Part shown: piece by piece, positions 1-11,961 of the stretch | How the letters are laid out: each line of letters begins with the position of its first letter | How positions within the stretch are numbered: position 1 is the stretch's first letter | Source: Octopus sinensis | Taxonomy: Eukaryota | DNA: 64,000 nucleotides | NCBI RefSeq assembly: GCF_006345805.1 | Contig: NC_043002.1 | Coordinates: 4,030,001-4,094,000 of the forward strand | Direction of reading: 5' to 3' | Program-made: the position numbers and the translations under genes | The notes under the pieces: generated by a model | Databases searched by the model: none | Seen by the model: the letters and a program-made list of their open reading frames with translations, nothing else | Told to the model about the DNA's origin: nothing

Positions 1-851
1 GGAGTAAAACAGGAATCAAAGGGGTCTATAGGTTAAAAATGGTTGAGAAGCACTGGTTCAGGCTGTCATCGTCATCACAAAGAAAAAAAAAAAAACTGCT
101 GGTGCAGATGCTACTATTGTTACTAAATTCTACCTCATCAGTAATCAGATACTAGGTGCAAAGCCCAACTTTTTAGGACTGAGAGGAGAGGATGGGTGAG
201 ATAAACAAAAACGCCCTCAGTCATAACTTCCATAGACTCAGAGGAATCTATTTTCAAGGGTCACAACACAGTCACTACTGAACTTATCATTCCAATAATG
301 CTACAAGAGCGGGAGGATGGTTCGGTTTTGTTTCATCTTACTTTAGTTTTTATTATTGTTATTATTATTTTTTTGTGTGCTTGCCTTTTAAATGACTTCT
401 TTCTCCCTAATTGCTACCCCAATTGGTTTTAAGCTAGCATTGCAGCATGCAGCAGAGCTACCATTATACTAAGGGATCAGCACCCTGATCTATATATATA
501 CGCACAAACAGACAAGGAGGAGGAGGAGGAAGAGGAGGAGAAAGAAGAAAATGAAGAAGATGTATATTTATACACATATATTTACACAACACAAAAAATA
601 TATAAATACACACACACATATACATATATATATACATATACATATATAGAGAAAAACATACACATACACACAACACAAGGACATACTCACACACACACAC
701 ATCTCTCTCTCTCTCTGGATGGATTGATACATACACACACACACATATCATACACGTACATACATTATACACACATAGGCATGTGTACTTATATCTAACA
801 TAAACAATAAATGAGAATTAAGCCACACAACTAAAACCAGGACTCTGGTTT

Positions 852-893
<42 letters not shown>

Positions 894-1573
894 ATCACCC
901 TGTCCCCCCCACCGCAAGCCCCATGCTGTTATAATTTGTTGCCAAGTCTGCAGTACTATCTTACACTAACTTCAAATACTTTCTCTCAAACTCGCAGCTG
1001 TTGTGGGTGACAACAGCACCATCACCCTGACAACAGCATCATCACCCTGACAACAGCCAGATCTTAGGCTCCTCCTCCTCCCACCCTTTCTTCTCTACCA
1101 CCCTTGCTTTACTGTAAGCCCAAGTCTACCTCAACTCCTGAGCTATAAAGTAGACCAGTTTTGCATCTCATGCCATGTTCTTCTCACTCTATGCCTTAAT
1201 ATAACTGTTGTTTTGTTTAACACACACACAAATACACACAAATACACAGAGGCATGGGTCTAGCTGTATGGTAAAGAGTTTGTTTCCCAATCACATCATT
1301 CCGGGTTCAGTCCCACTTCATGGCACTTTGGGCAAGTGCTTTCTACTATACTATGGCCTCGGACCAACCAAGCCTAGTGAGTGGATTTGACAGACGAAAA
1401 CTGAAAGAAGCTTCCTCTCTCTGTTCCTGCATGACTCTGAGGTTAAAAATCTTGTTTCTTGACCACTTGGTCCTGGGTTCAGTTTGACACCTGGGCAAGT
1501 GTCTTCTACTGCAGCCCCACGCCCTGACCAGGTCTTGTAAGTGGATTTGGTGAATAGATGCCAAAAGAAACCC

Positions 1574-1620
<47 letters not shown>

Positions 1621-1666
1621 TTATATATATGCATTAGTGTATCCTTGTCATGAGATTAAATGACTG

Positions 1667-1960
1667 GGATCTTTTCGCTTTGACCGGCAGATTTTTAAAA
1701 TAATTTCTTTGTAACTAAACACTTTTAAGCTTCGTATACTGGTAGAATGTGTTACATAAAACATCTTTTTCTCTTGGCTTTCTTGAGAAAATTCTGTAGT
1801 TTGTAAGCTATTTGTTCTTTAATTTCTTGCATTTCGGCAATTTCAACCAATCAATGACGTCTATTGAGGTGAATTCAGTTTCTACCAGTATACGAAGTTT
1901 AAAAGTGTTTAGTTACAAAGAAATTATTTTAAAAATCTGCCGGTCAAAACGAAAAGATCC
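1667..1960. mobile_element. Non-autonomous hAT-type MITE with ~80-bp TIRs
   Basis: Left end ggatcttttcgctttgaccggcagatt...ctggtagaa is the reverse complement of right end ttctaccag...ggtcaaaacgaaaagatcc; flanked by 8-bp direct repeat aatgactg (1659-1666, 1961-1968). Confidence 0.85.
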
Positions 1961-2384
1961 AATGACTGGTATGAGCCAACATCAGTGTCATCATTGTAAA
2001 GAAATGTCAGCATTAGACAAGTGGTGTCAATTGATTGTAGCAGGAAGGGCATCCAGCCATAGAAAATCTGCCTCAACAAATTCTGCCCAACCCATGCGAG
2101 CAGGGAAAAGTGAAAATTAAATAACAATGATGATGATGTATTTCTTTTATTATTTTTACAGGATTCAGTCTTGTTTGCTGCCATGTTGGGCCTCTGCAAC
2201 CACCTTTGAAAGTTTTCCCTGATTATATCCTCTCCTGTACATTGCCTGTTTTTTTGTTTAGTCAATCTCTATTCATTGAATGACTTTATCCACATAACAA
2301 CAGGGCACAACAATTTATTAGCAATACCTTGCTAATATACATGCATTATATAAGCGTGAGTGTGTGCGTGTGTATTTATGTACC

Positions 2385-4200
2385 TCAATGGATACCGGGG
2401 TTAGCATGGAGGTTATGGCTTTGGTGCTAGAAATGAAGATGCTGCTGAAATTCTGTAATGAAAATGACTGGATGGTTTGCAGCACTAACTTCAGGAAACT
2501 GGTGAGCCGCCTGATAACTTATCATTCCGGTGATCGCACACATGCTAGACTGACTACATTTCTACCAGAAAACAGGATAGACGGATGTTTGTAAACACAA
2601 AGTCCTTCCCAGGTGAAGAATGTATAACCCAACATAGGTTAGTGGTTAGTGACTTCAGACTTAGGGCTAAAAGGATTCAGAAAAAGAAACCAGTCAGGAA
2701 AAAGAAGATATGGAAGCCCAAAGAACCTAGCAAACAGTCAGAAATTTCTTGAAATTATAGCTGGAGCATTTGATAAAAAGAAAGGATTTAGAGCTGTATA
2801 GCTTAGAGGACAAATGAAGGTTCCTACAGGACAACCCATTGAGGGCTACAGACCAAATCTGTGGCAGGTGCAAAGACCTGGCCAGTCTGAGGGTGATATG
2901 GTGGTGGAACAGTAAGGCAGATAGAGCTACAAAAGCAAAATGACAAACCTGGAAATGCTGAGAAAAGGGAAGCAATAGAGAACTCTATTAGGTATCTAGA
3001 AGAGAAGCTAGGGGACGGGTTTACATAGTAAAGGGAGAAGCAGAAAGTAAGAGATTTGCCAGTGTTTACAACACAAGGATCAGAGGTTTGGGGTATTCCA
3101 GATTGCAAGACGGTGCATCAGAGAGAATCGAGATACGAGTGATGAGTGTATGTTGATGGATAAGGGTACCCTTATGGTTCTGAGAAGAAAGAGGTATGAA
3201 AGTGCTACTATGAAAGGTTATCAAATTTAGAGAATGTTTAGGAGAAAGTGGGTCTTCGCAATGTGACCCCAACAGAGGGACCAGCTAAACTAGTTGACAA
3301 CAGTATGATGCAGCAAAAGCTGCTGGTCCATCAGGAGTCCCTACTGAGATACTTGAAATATCTAGTGGAATAAGAAGACAGAGCCTGGTCAGGTAAAGAT
3401 CCCTTTTGGTCATGAATGACCACGGGATTGCACCAAGAAAGTTCCCTCTGAGGCACAAGTCCGGGCAAGGTTGTTTGTGGAAGACCAGCAGTCGCCCATG
3501 CATCCCAACCTCCCCTCTTCTGGCCACCGATGTTATCCAAAGGAAGGACAAAGGGGCTGATACAACTTGGCACCAGTGACATTGTGACTTATTTCTACAG
3601 CTGAGTGAACTGGAGGAAAATGAAATAAAGTGTCTTGCTCAAGAACACAACACACAGCAGCCTGGTCCGGGAACTGAACTCACTACCTCATGATAGTGAG
3701 CCTGACACTCTAAACACTGATCCATGTGCCTTCACATATCGCCTGGTCACATATATGGTTAACCAGGTTGTTCAGGAAGGTGTCATATCCAACGACAGGT
3801 GAAGAAGCATCCAGGTAAGCTGTGACCAAGGTAAAGGAGATGCTGCACATAGAAGTAATCACAATGGTACCAAAATACTGGACAGGGTCAGGGACATTAC
3901 GGAGGGAGTTAAAGCCTAATTAATTGGGGATAGAATTAGACTTGATGCACCGGGGAGAAGTACTACTGATGCCCTCTTCCAAGTACGACAACTGCAAGAG
4001 AACTATTTAAAGAGAAGCAAGCCATTGCACTTCGCATTTAGTGACCTAAAGAAAACCTTCAACAGAGTTCCTCATTCTGGTGAACATTGAGAGAGGTAAG
4101 GGTAGACGAATGCCTTGTAAAAGCCACACAAGTCATTTATAGGGAGGTTGTCAATAAGGGGAGAGCTAGTAATGAGTACAGGCAAGTGTTCACCTGGGCT
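2385..4200 (+). mobile_element. Degenerate RTE-clade LINE (endonuclease C-terminus to start of RT), interrupted by a SINE
   Basis: Frameshifted translation gives HGGYGFGARNE..., NFRKLVSRLITYHSG, FPGEECITQHRLVVSDFRL, then GKGDA..SN..G.KILD and HFAFSDLKKTFNRVP, matching the intact RTE ORF at 37838. Confidence 0.85.
3392..3740 (-). mobile_element. tRNA-derived SINE inserted in the old RTE
   Basis: tRNA-like head at the right end on the minus strand; 9-bp TSD gcctggtca at 3383-3391 and 3741-3749; related copy near 41880-42135. Confidence 0.8.
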
Positions 4201-4306
4201 TGGTTCTCAATTTGAGTCACTCTGTAACTTCTGCCAATTAACAATAAAAGATATATAGATAATCTTGTTTTGAGTTCTATTTCTTTCTGTTAGCATCAAC
4301 AAATCT

Positions 4307-4340
<34 letters not shown>

Positions 4341-4342
4341 AT

Positions 4343-4733
4343 GGAAGTGGAAGCACTCCGTCGGTTACGACGACGAGGGTTCCGGTTGATCCGAATCAAC
4401 AGAACAGCCTGCTCGTGAAATTAACGTGTAAGTGGCTGAGCACTCCACAGACACGTGTACCCTTAACGTAATTCTCGGGGATATTCAGCGTGACACAGAG
4501 AGTGACAAGGCCGGCCCTTTGAAATACAGGTACAACAGAAACAGGAAGTAAGAGTGAGAGAAAGTTGTGGTGAAAGAGTACAGCAGGGATCACCACCATC
4601 CCCTGCCGGAGCCTCGTGGAGCTTTTAGGTGTTTTCGCTCAATAAACACTCACAACGCCAGGTCTGGGAATCGAAACCGCGATCCTATGACCGCGAGTCC
4701 GCTGCCCTAACCACTGGGCCATTGCGCCTCCAC
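4343..4733 (-). mobile_element. Young tRNA-derived SINE (CpGs intact)
   Basis: Minus strand begins gtggaggcgcaatggcccagtggttagggcagcggactcgcggtcataggatcgcggtttcgattccc (A and B boxes); body ends in a (CATA)n tail; degenerate relative at ~59690-59975. Confidence 0.85.
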
Positions 4734-4819
4734 TGTATGTATATACATAAACACATATACATATGCATATATGTATACACATAAACACATATACATATAT
4801 ATATATATATGTATATATG

Positions 4820-5065
4820 TGCAGGTGGCATGTAAAAAGCACCAACCGATCGTGGCCGTTGCCAGCCTCCCCTGGCACCTGTGCTGGTGGCACGTAAAAA
4901 GCACCCACTACACTCTTGAAGTGGTTGGCATTAGGAAGGGCATCCAGCTGTAGAAACACTGCCAAATCAGACTAGAGCCTGGTGCAGCCCCCTGGCTTCC
5001 CAGATCCCAATTGAACCGTCCAAGCCATGCTAGCATGGAAAACGGACATTAAACGATGATGATGA

Positions 5066-5070
<5 letters not shown>
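4820..5070 (+). mobile_element. 5'-truncated RTE 3'-tail copy
   Basis: Shares ...ggttggcattaggaagggcatccagctgtagaaac...catgctagcatggaaaacggac...(gat)n with the LINE 3'UTR at 39570-39890. Confidence 0.9.
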
Positions 5071-5104
<34 letters not shown>

Positions 5105-5430
5105 TATATAAACATATATATATAAACACACACACAAATACACATGTTCACACAAAAATATAAGACAAAGATTAAACAATGGCAATATGAAAGAAAAAAT
5201 TTAATAAAACAAAAAGTAAAATAAGGAGGCAGCAGTATGGAAATGTCAAAGTTTCCATAGTAACGAGCTCTCCACTTTCATCTTTATTGATGTTTAAACA
5301 TAGACTAAAAAGAAATTAACAGCACTTGTTTGGCCCAACAATATCATGCTAATAATCTTTAACAAACCCACACATAGCACCCAGAAGGATTAAGATATGA
5401 GAGGGGGGGAAGAAGGATAGAGAAGGCAAT

Positions 5431-5472
<42 letters not shown>

Positions 5473-5879
5473 TATCCCTAAGTGCCTGACTCTTGCTATA
5501 TAAATGTATCTTTTGGTATGGAAGGATGGTGAGAATGTGTTGTGGAATGGATGTACAACACTGACTATGGCATTGATAATGACAATGATGATGGTGGTGG
5601 TGGTGGTGGTTGTGGTGGTATTCATGAAAAGTTGCTGGTAATGGTAGGATGATGGTGGCGGAGATGAGACATTTGATGGAGAGAGAGAGAGAGAGAGGGA
5701 GAGAGGGAGAGATTTAAAGCTAGGAGGAGACAAAAAGCAAAGACCGATAAAATGTTAGATAAATGTTAGATATCTCATGAGATTTTGAGTGCAAAGGTTC
5801 ATTTTCACACACACCTATCTATGCACACATATATATACACATACATGCTACACAGGAATCCTTCATGTTATGGGCATAA

Positions 5880-6180
5880 TCATCATCATCATTTAACGTC
5901 CGTTTTCCATGCTAGCATGGGTTGGAGAGTTCAACCGGGATCTGGAGAGCCAGGAGGCTGCACCAGGTGCCAATCTTGATCTGGCAGAGTTTCTACAGCT
6001 GGATGCCCTTCCTAATGCCAACCACTCTGCTTTTTACGTGTCACCGGCACGGGTGTTTTAACTACAATTTCCATTTGATTTTTATTTTGATGTACTTGAC
6101 TCAGTAGGTCTCTTCAAGAACAGCGGGTCACTCTACGATCCAAGGTTAGCACAGCAGGCCATCCTGCGAGCCATGAACTC
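5880..6180 (-). mobile_element. RTE 3'-tail copy
   Basis: Reverse complement of the same tail, starting (atc)n tttaacgtccgttttccatgctagcatgggttgga. Confidence 0.85.
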
Positions 6181-6324
6181 ACTTCATTTGTTGGGTCATC
6201 GAAGTCGAGTCATCGAATGCATTCCAAAAATCTCAATGTAATGTGAAATCCCTTAATGTGAAATTAATTTTCCTATGGATTGTCATGTTACAATTTCAGA
6301 GTGTTTCAATGGGTTAAAAAACAA

Positions 6325-6785
6325 AAAAGCACGTGTGGTAAGAAGCTTGTTTCCCAACCACAAGGTCCCGGGTTCAGTTCCATTGTGTGACATCTTGGGC
6401 AAGTGCCTTCTACTATAACCTTGGGCTGACAAAAGCCTTGTGAGTGGATTTGGTAGATGGAAACTGTAAGAAGCTCTTGTGTGTTTGTGTGTGTGTGTAT
6501 ATATATATATGTATATATATACACACACACACACACACAAAAATATATATATAAATACGTGTGTGTGTGTGTATCTGTTTCTGTATTTGTTCCCTGCCAT
6601 TGCTTGACAACCAGTGTTGGTATGTTTGCGTTCCTGTGACTTAGTGGTTTGGCAAAAGAGACTGACAGAATAAGTGCCAGGCTTAAAAAAAAAAAGTATA
6701 AATACTGGGGTTGATTTGTGCAACTGAAGATTCCTCAAGGCCAGCATGGCCGTGGTCCAATGACTGGAACAAGTAAATGATAAAT
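6325..6785 (+). mobile_element. tRNA-derived SINE, family B, with expanded internal (TG/TA/CA)n
   Basis: gtgtggtaagaagcttg...ttgggcaagtg...gtgagtggatttggtagatggaaactg...cagcatggccgtggtccaatgactggaacaagtaaa. Confidence 0.8.
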
Positions 6786-7139
6786 GATAGAAGATAACAA
6801 GCAACACAAACACTTGCATCATTGTTTAACGTCCGCTTTCCATGCTAGCATGGGTTGGACGATTTTGACTGAGGGCTGGCGAACCAGATGGCTGAACCAG
6901 CTGGTAACAATCACACTCGAATGGTGCCCATTTATGTGCCACTGGCACAGAAGCTGGTTATCCGCTCTGTCAACGATCACCCTCGTATGGTGCTCTTTGC
7001 ACCCCGCTAGCACGGATGGCAGTCGTCGAATTTGATTTGCATGAAAGTAACAATTTAAAAACACAGTACTACATGTATACTTAAAAACATTTTAACAAAA
7101 ATGTATCAGGGAACACATAAGAATTATAATATTATAATA

Positions 7140-7375
7140 AGGTAAGGCAGTGAGCTGGCAGAAACTTTAGCATGACGGGCAAAAACTTAACGGTACTTCA
7201 TCTGTTTATTACATTCTGAGTTCAATTTTCACCAAGGTCGACTTCGTCTTTCGTCCTTTCGGGTTGATAAATTAAGTATCAGCTGCATACTGGGGTTGAT
7301 CTAATTGACTGGCTCCTCCCACACCCCCAAAAAATTTCGGGCCTTGTGCTAAGAGTAGAAAAGAATATTATAATA
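7140..7375 (+). mobile_element. tRNA-derived SINE, family C
   Basis: aaggcagtgagctggcagaa...ttctgagttcaa...gtcgacttcg...catcctttcgggttgataaattaagta; further copies at ~14700-14920(-), 31050-31275(-), 31290-31490(+), 33000-33145(-), 40095-40620(+), 43860-44092(+). Confidence 0.75.
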
Positions 7376-7565
7376 ACGTACTTTTCACCATAAAACATGT
7401 GGTTGGCATTAGGAAGGGCATCCAGCTATAGAAACCATACCAAAACAGACATGAAGCTTGAATAGCCCTTCAGCAGGTCAGTTCCTGTCAAATCATCCAA
7501 CCCATGCCAGCATGGAAAACAGACACTAAATGATGATGATGTTGACTACAGTGCTATCTTCTATC

Positions 7566-8040
7566 TTATAGTCCATCATTATCGATATCTGGTTGACGGT
7601 TGAAAAACTTGTCCAAAGTTGTTTGATGTTTATGGCATATCATCATCTCTTTGTACAGCTCATTGTGGGAAATGAATTCCTTGTAGACTCCTCTTGTAAT
7701 TTTTATGATACTTTCATGATTAATGCCATTATCGTTGGAAACTTGCAGAACTTCCTCTGCCAAGTCTTTAGCAATATTCTTTGCAGTCAATTTAAGTATA
7801 GTTGATGGAATTTATGTATTCGTATCCGTATTCTCAGTTTGCTCTTGTTAGATAAACTTTCTCTCTGAAAGACTTTGCAACCTAACTATTGGAAATACTA
7901 TGACAGGCACCGCTGTACCTTTCTACTCATGGACTAAAATATGTTTGTAAACCACTCTTAGAAAAAAACTTTTGGCCATCCATTCCTTCTTATTCAAATG
8001 CCAAATCAGAGGTAGATTAAACTTTGAGTAACTCTTAAAA
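7566..8040 (-). mobile_element. Tigger/pogo-like transposase relic (C-terminus)
   Basis: Minus ORF LTAKNIAKDLAEEVLQ...ELYKEMMICHKHQTTLDKFF resembles the Tigger C-terminal ...QTTLDKFF motif; upstream part is frameshifted. Confidence 0.55.
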
Positions 8041-8404
8041 AACCTTGGACCTTCAGAGTGTTAGACATACCTATATATACTTACACGCATGCACACACAC
8101 ACACACACACTCACATACTATGCTGGCAGAATTGTTACAGCTTTCGAAAATACCTCTGAAGTTTTCTTCCTCCTCTTAACATTCTAAGCACAGACACTGG
8201 GGTCAACTTTGACTTTCATCTTTATGGGGTTGATAAAATAAAGTACCAGTCAATTATAAGGGTTAATGGTATTGACTAAACCCTACCACCTCTCAAAATT
8301 GCTGGTATTGTGCCTAAATCAGAATATCTGTCTTTCCATCCATAAATATTCATGTATGCATGTGCATGAGTGTGAGTATACATACACGCATAAGTATACA
8401 TTCA

Positions 8405-8810
8405 TCATCATCATCAACGTTGAACGTCTGCTTTCCATGCTAGCATGGGTTGGATGATTTTGACTGAGGGCTGGCGAACCAGATGGCTGCACCAGGCCCC
8501 AATCTTGATCTGGCAGAGTTTCTACAGCTGGATGCCCTTCCTAACGCCAACCACTCCAAGAGTGTAGTGGGTGCTTTTTACGTGCCACCGGCATGGGGGC
8601 CAGTCAGGCGGCACTGGCAACGACCTCGCTTGAATCTTTTTTACACATACCATCAGCGCAGGTGCCAGTAAGGCGACGTTGGTAACGATCATGCTTGAAT
8701 GGTGCCCTTTTACGTGCCACCGGCACGGAACAGTTGGCTGCTCTGGGAATGATCATGCTCGGATGGTGCTCTTGGCACCCCGCTAGTACAGATGCCAGTC
8801 ATCAAATGTG
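8405..8810 (-). mobile_element. RTE 3'-tail copy, subfamily 2, with several internal ~45-bp modules
   Basis: Tail variant with gagggctggcgaaccagatggctgcaccagg; related copies at 6818-7030(-), 13400-13735(+), 18343-18495(-), 20750-21060(+), 30225-30670(+), 45570-45850(-), 48490-48750(+), 58735-59200(-). Confidence 0.85.
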
Positions 8811-8820
8811 ATTTTGATTT

Positions 8821-8862
<42 letters not shown>

Positions 8863-9054
8863 CAGCATTGCTTATGGCTACTTTATTGTGTCTGTCATTT
8901 AAGAGACAATACTGTTACTTCGCCCCAAGAAGGCATCTCTCCTCCATCTCTCGCCCCAAGAAGGCATCTCTCCTCAGTGCACTTCTCACACCCAATATTT
9001 ATTGGAGATAACACCTGCCACCCTAACTTCAACACCACTATACATATGTACATG

Positions 9055-10264
9055 CAGGGGTTGGACAAAATAATGGAAACACCTAGCATCATAATGTTGA
9101 AATATCTATAAAACTGTCAAAAGCTTGTTTATTTTGGGTTTTTTGATTTATTATTAGTGTTGCTTAATATGTTTTGCCAAAATTGCTTTTTTTTTTCAGA
9201 TATCAGAAAAAGGTAATTAAAATTCATTCAAATGACAGATCTATTGGACTCTCAGAGAGGTGCTAGCATAATGAAAACATCCGAAATGTTTGGTGTACCA
9301 AGAAGTACTGGCTCGAAAGTAACAACAGCCTTTGAGAAAGAGGGAAAAACCTCCTCATTGAAACCAAACTCCAGAAGAAAACCAAAACTTTCAGATAGGG
9401 ACTGTCGGACTCTTCTGTGAATTGTTAGAAAGGATCACAAAAGTAGAGCTCCTAAAATTACTGCAGAGCTTAATGACCACCTAAAGAACCCAGTTTCCTC
9501 AAAAACTGTTCGCAGGGAGCTGCATAAAGCTGGATTTCACGGGAGGGCTGCAATCAGAAAACCACTACTTTCAAAAACATACAGAATTTGTCCCTAGTGC
9601 AATGGAAGAATGTTACTTTCTTGGATGAGTCATCCTTTACCTTATTTCCAACCACCAGTCGAGTATTTGTGTGGAAACAGCCAAAAGAAGCATTTGACCC
9701 AGACTGCCTTCTTCCAACTGTTAAACATGGAGGAGGATCTGTAATGATCTGAGAGGGGGGGGGGGCTATATCTTGGAAATCCACTGGCCAAATGGTTTCC
9801 CTTCATGGCAGAATTAACAGTGAAGATTATTCAAGCATTTTATCTGATCAAATTCATCCTATGGTTGCAGAACTGTTTCTGGAGGGAAACGCAATCTTTC
9901 AGGATGATAATGCACCAATTCACACAGCTAAGGTTGTTACAGAATGGCACGAGGAACATTCTAGTGAAGTTGAACATCTTATCTGGCCACCACAGTCCCC
10001 ATATCTCAATATTGCTGAACATTTATGGTGCATTTTAGATAAACAAGTAAGGAGTCAATATCCTCCACCATCATCACTACAAGAACTGGAGACTGTTTTA
10101 GCTGAAGAATGGACAAAAATTCCTTTGGAAACAATTCAAACTTTATACGAGTCCATACTTCGTAGAATTCAAGCTGTAATTACTGCCAAAGGTGGTCCTA
10201 CCCCCATATTAAAATAAATTTGTTTGAAATTTTAAGGTGTTTCCATCATTTTGTCCAACCACTG
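9055..10264 (+). mobile_element. Full-length but mutated Tc1-superfamily transposon, DD36E catalytic spacing
   Basis: 30-bp TIRs caggggttggacaaaataatggaaacacct (9055-9084) and aggtgtttccatcattttgtccaaccactg (10235-10264), TA at the right end; transposase 9232-10217 with stops/frameshifts: HTH region, TVKHGGGSVMI, FQDDNAPIHT...WPPQSPYLNIAEHLW. Confidence 0.93.
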
Positions 10265-11808
10265 TATATATGTATGTATACATAGTTTCAAATTTTGGTA
10301 CGAGGCCAGCAATAATGCAAGGAGTTAGTTGCCTGTTGATTATGTTGCCCCTCTGTGGCCCTGCACAGGCAATATCGGTTTGATGCTTTGATGGAGCTAG
10401 TGTAGAGGCACAAGCAAAGGCAGCAGATGGGTTAAAGTAACCCTCAAACCCTACACAAGGATGGTACAGTGTAGGACAAAGCTAGTCTTTCAAACTACAG
10501 GCTCTATTTAAATTGAATAGTAGTAGGTGGTTGAGTATTCCATAGAATGTAGTCCTCAGAATTAATGACATTGTGTATAAAGCTGGGTCCTTTTAATTAC
10601 ATGCACAGTACAGTCCATTTACATCTCCTCAATTCCACTTACAAGGGTTAGGTTGGTATGACTTTCTACTAAGGGCATAAGGCCTGAAATTTTAGGGGAG
10701 GGACTGAGTCGATTACATCAACCCCCAGTACTCAACTGGTACTTATTTTATTGAACCTGAAAGGATGAAAGGCAAAACCTACTTTGACAAAATGTCTGTA
10801 GTAGATGACACATGCCCAAAATAGTTTCATAAGATAGAACCCAAGACCTTTGTGACTGCAAAGTGAACCTCCAAGTCATTCGATCCTGGCACCAACATAC
10901 AGACACACATTAATTATTAACTGTCATTAGATATGACTCCCCAAGCAATCGCCAATTCCTCCCTTACCCTCAATGACATAAAAACGACACTCGATATATA
11001 AAGATTGTATTGAAGATAAACAAAATAAAAACCCCACATATCAAAACTGGGCTAATTAGGAGATGAGTTCCAATAACGAGATAACTGAGTGAAACTGGCA
11101 ACAAGAAAAATAATAATAATAATAAATCCACATGTTTATTTAAAATATCAAAAGAACAAGTACACAGATACACACACACACACACACACACAGACACACA
11201 CACAGAGGGCCTCAACAAAGTCTGCTTTTTTAAAAGTATCAGGACAATACACATGCATTCACAAGCATATACAGCCAGCTTCCATACAAATTCTGCCTAC
11301 CGATTCTAGTTCCACGCCATTGGTTGGGGGTAAGAGCTACAGTAGGGGACAATTATCCAAAGAATCACAGAGGAATAGAACTTGAGGCCATGTAGTTACA
11401 AAGTGAATTCCATAACCATACGGCCATGCTTACACCTCAGAAATGTGGACAAAGTGACTCACAAGAATCAAACACCACATGCCAGTCATAGACTGGATGG
11501 TTAGGATGCTGCTACACTAAGAAAATTGCTCCTACATAAAACATACATACATATTTGAAACTGACTTGAAAATTGGAAATCCACCTGAAGATTGTCGATC
11601 AGGACATGAAACAATTGTAGTGGCGGTTTTTTTACTTTTTATTAAAATTTTATGTATTGATTAAGTCTTTCCTTGCTTGTTTTGCAAAATAGTGGTTTTG
11701 TCTCTAATTAATATTATATAATATTTTACTATAAAATTGGATTTATTCCCTAATATTTATTATTATATATATATATATATATATATACATATGTAACAAT
11801 GATATACT

Positions 11809-11961
11809 GATGTCAATTGATTCCAGCCATTTCAAGCAGCTCCGTTTAGTTGATTAATGAAAACATTAGATCAATTCGAAAGAAACCGTTTCGAATTGAT
11901 CTAATGTTTTTATTAATCAACTAAACGGAGCTGCTTGAAATGGCTGGAATCAATTAACATC
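11809..11961. repeat. Near-perfect inverted repeat (73-bp arms, 7-nt loop)
   Basis: 11809-11881 pairs with 11889-11961 with two mismatches; loop gaaaccg. Confidence 0.9.

Noticed and set aside
4660-4733. tRNA-like sequences (also SINE heads elsewhere and 25674-25751)
   Set aside because: Heads of retroelements with imperfect cloverleaves; not called as tRNA genes.
6283-6822. 179-aa minus ORF
   Set aside because: Antisense frame of a SINE with CA/TA repeats.
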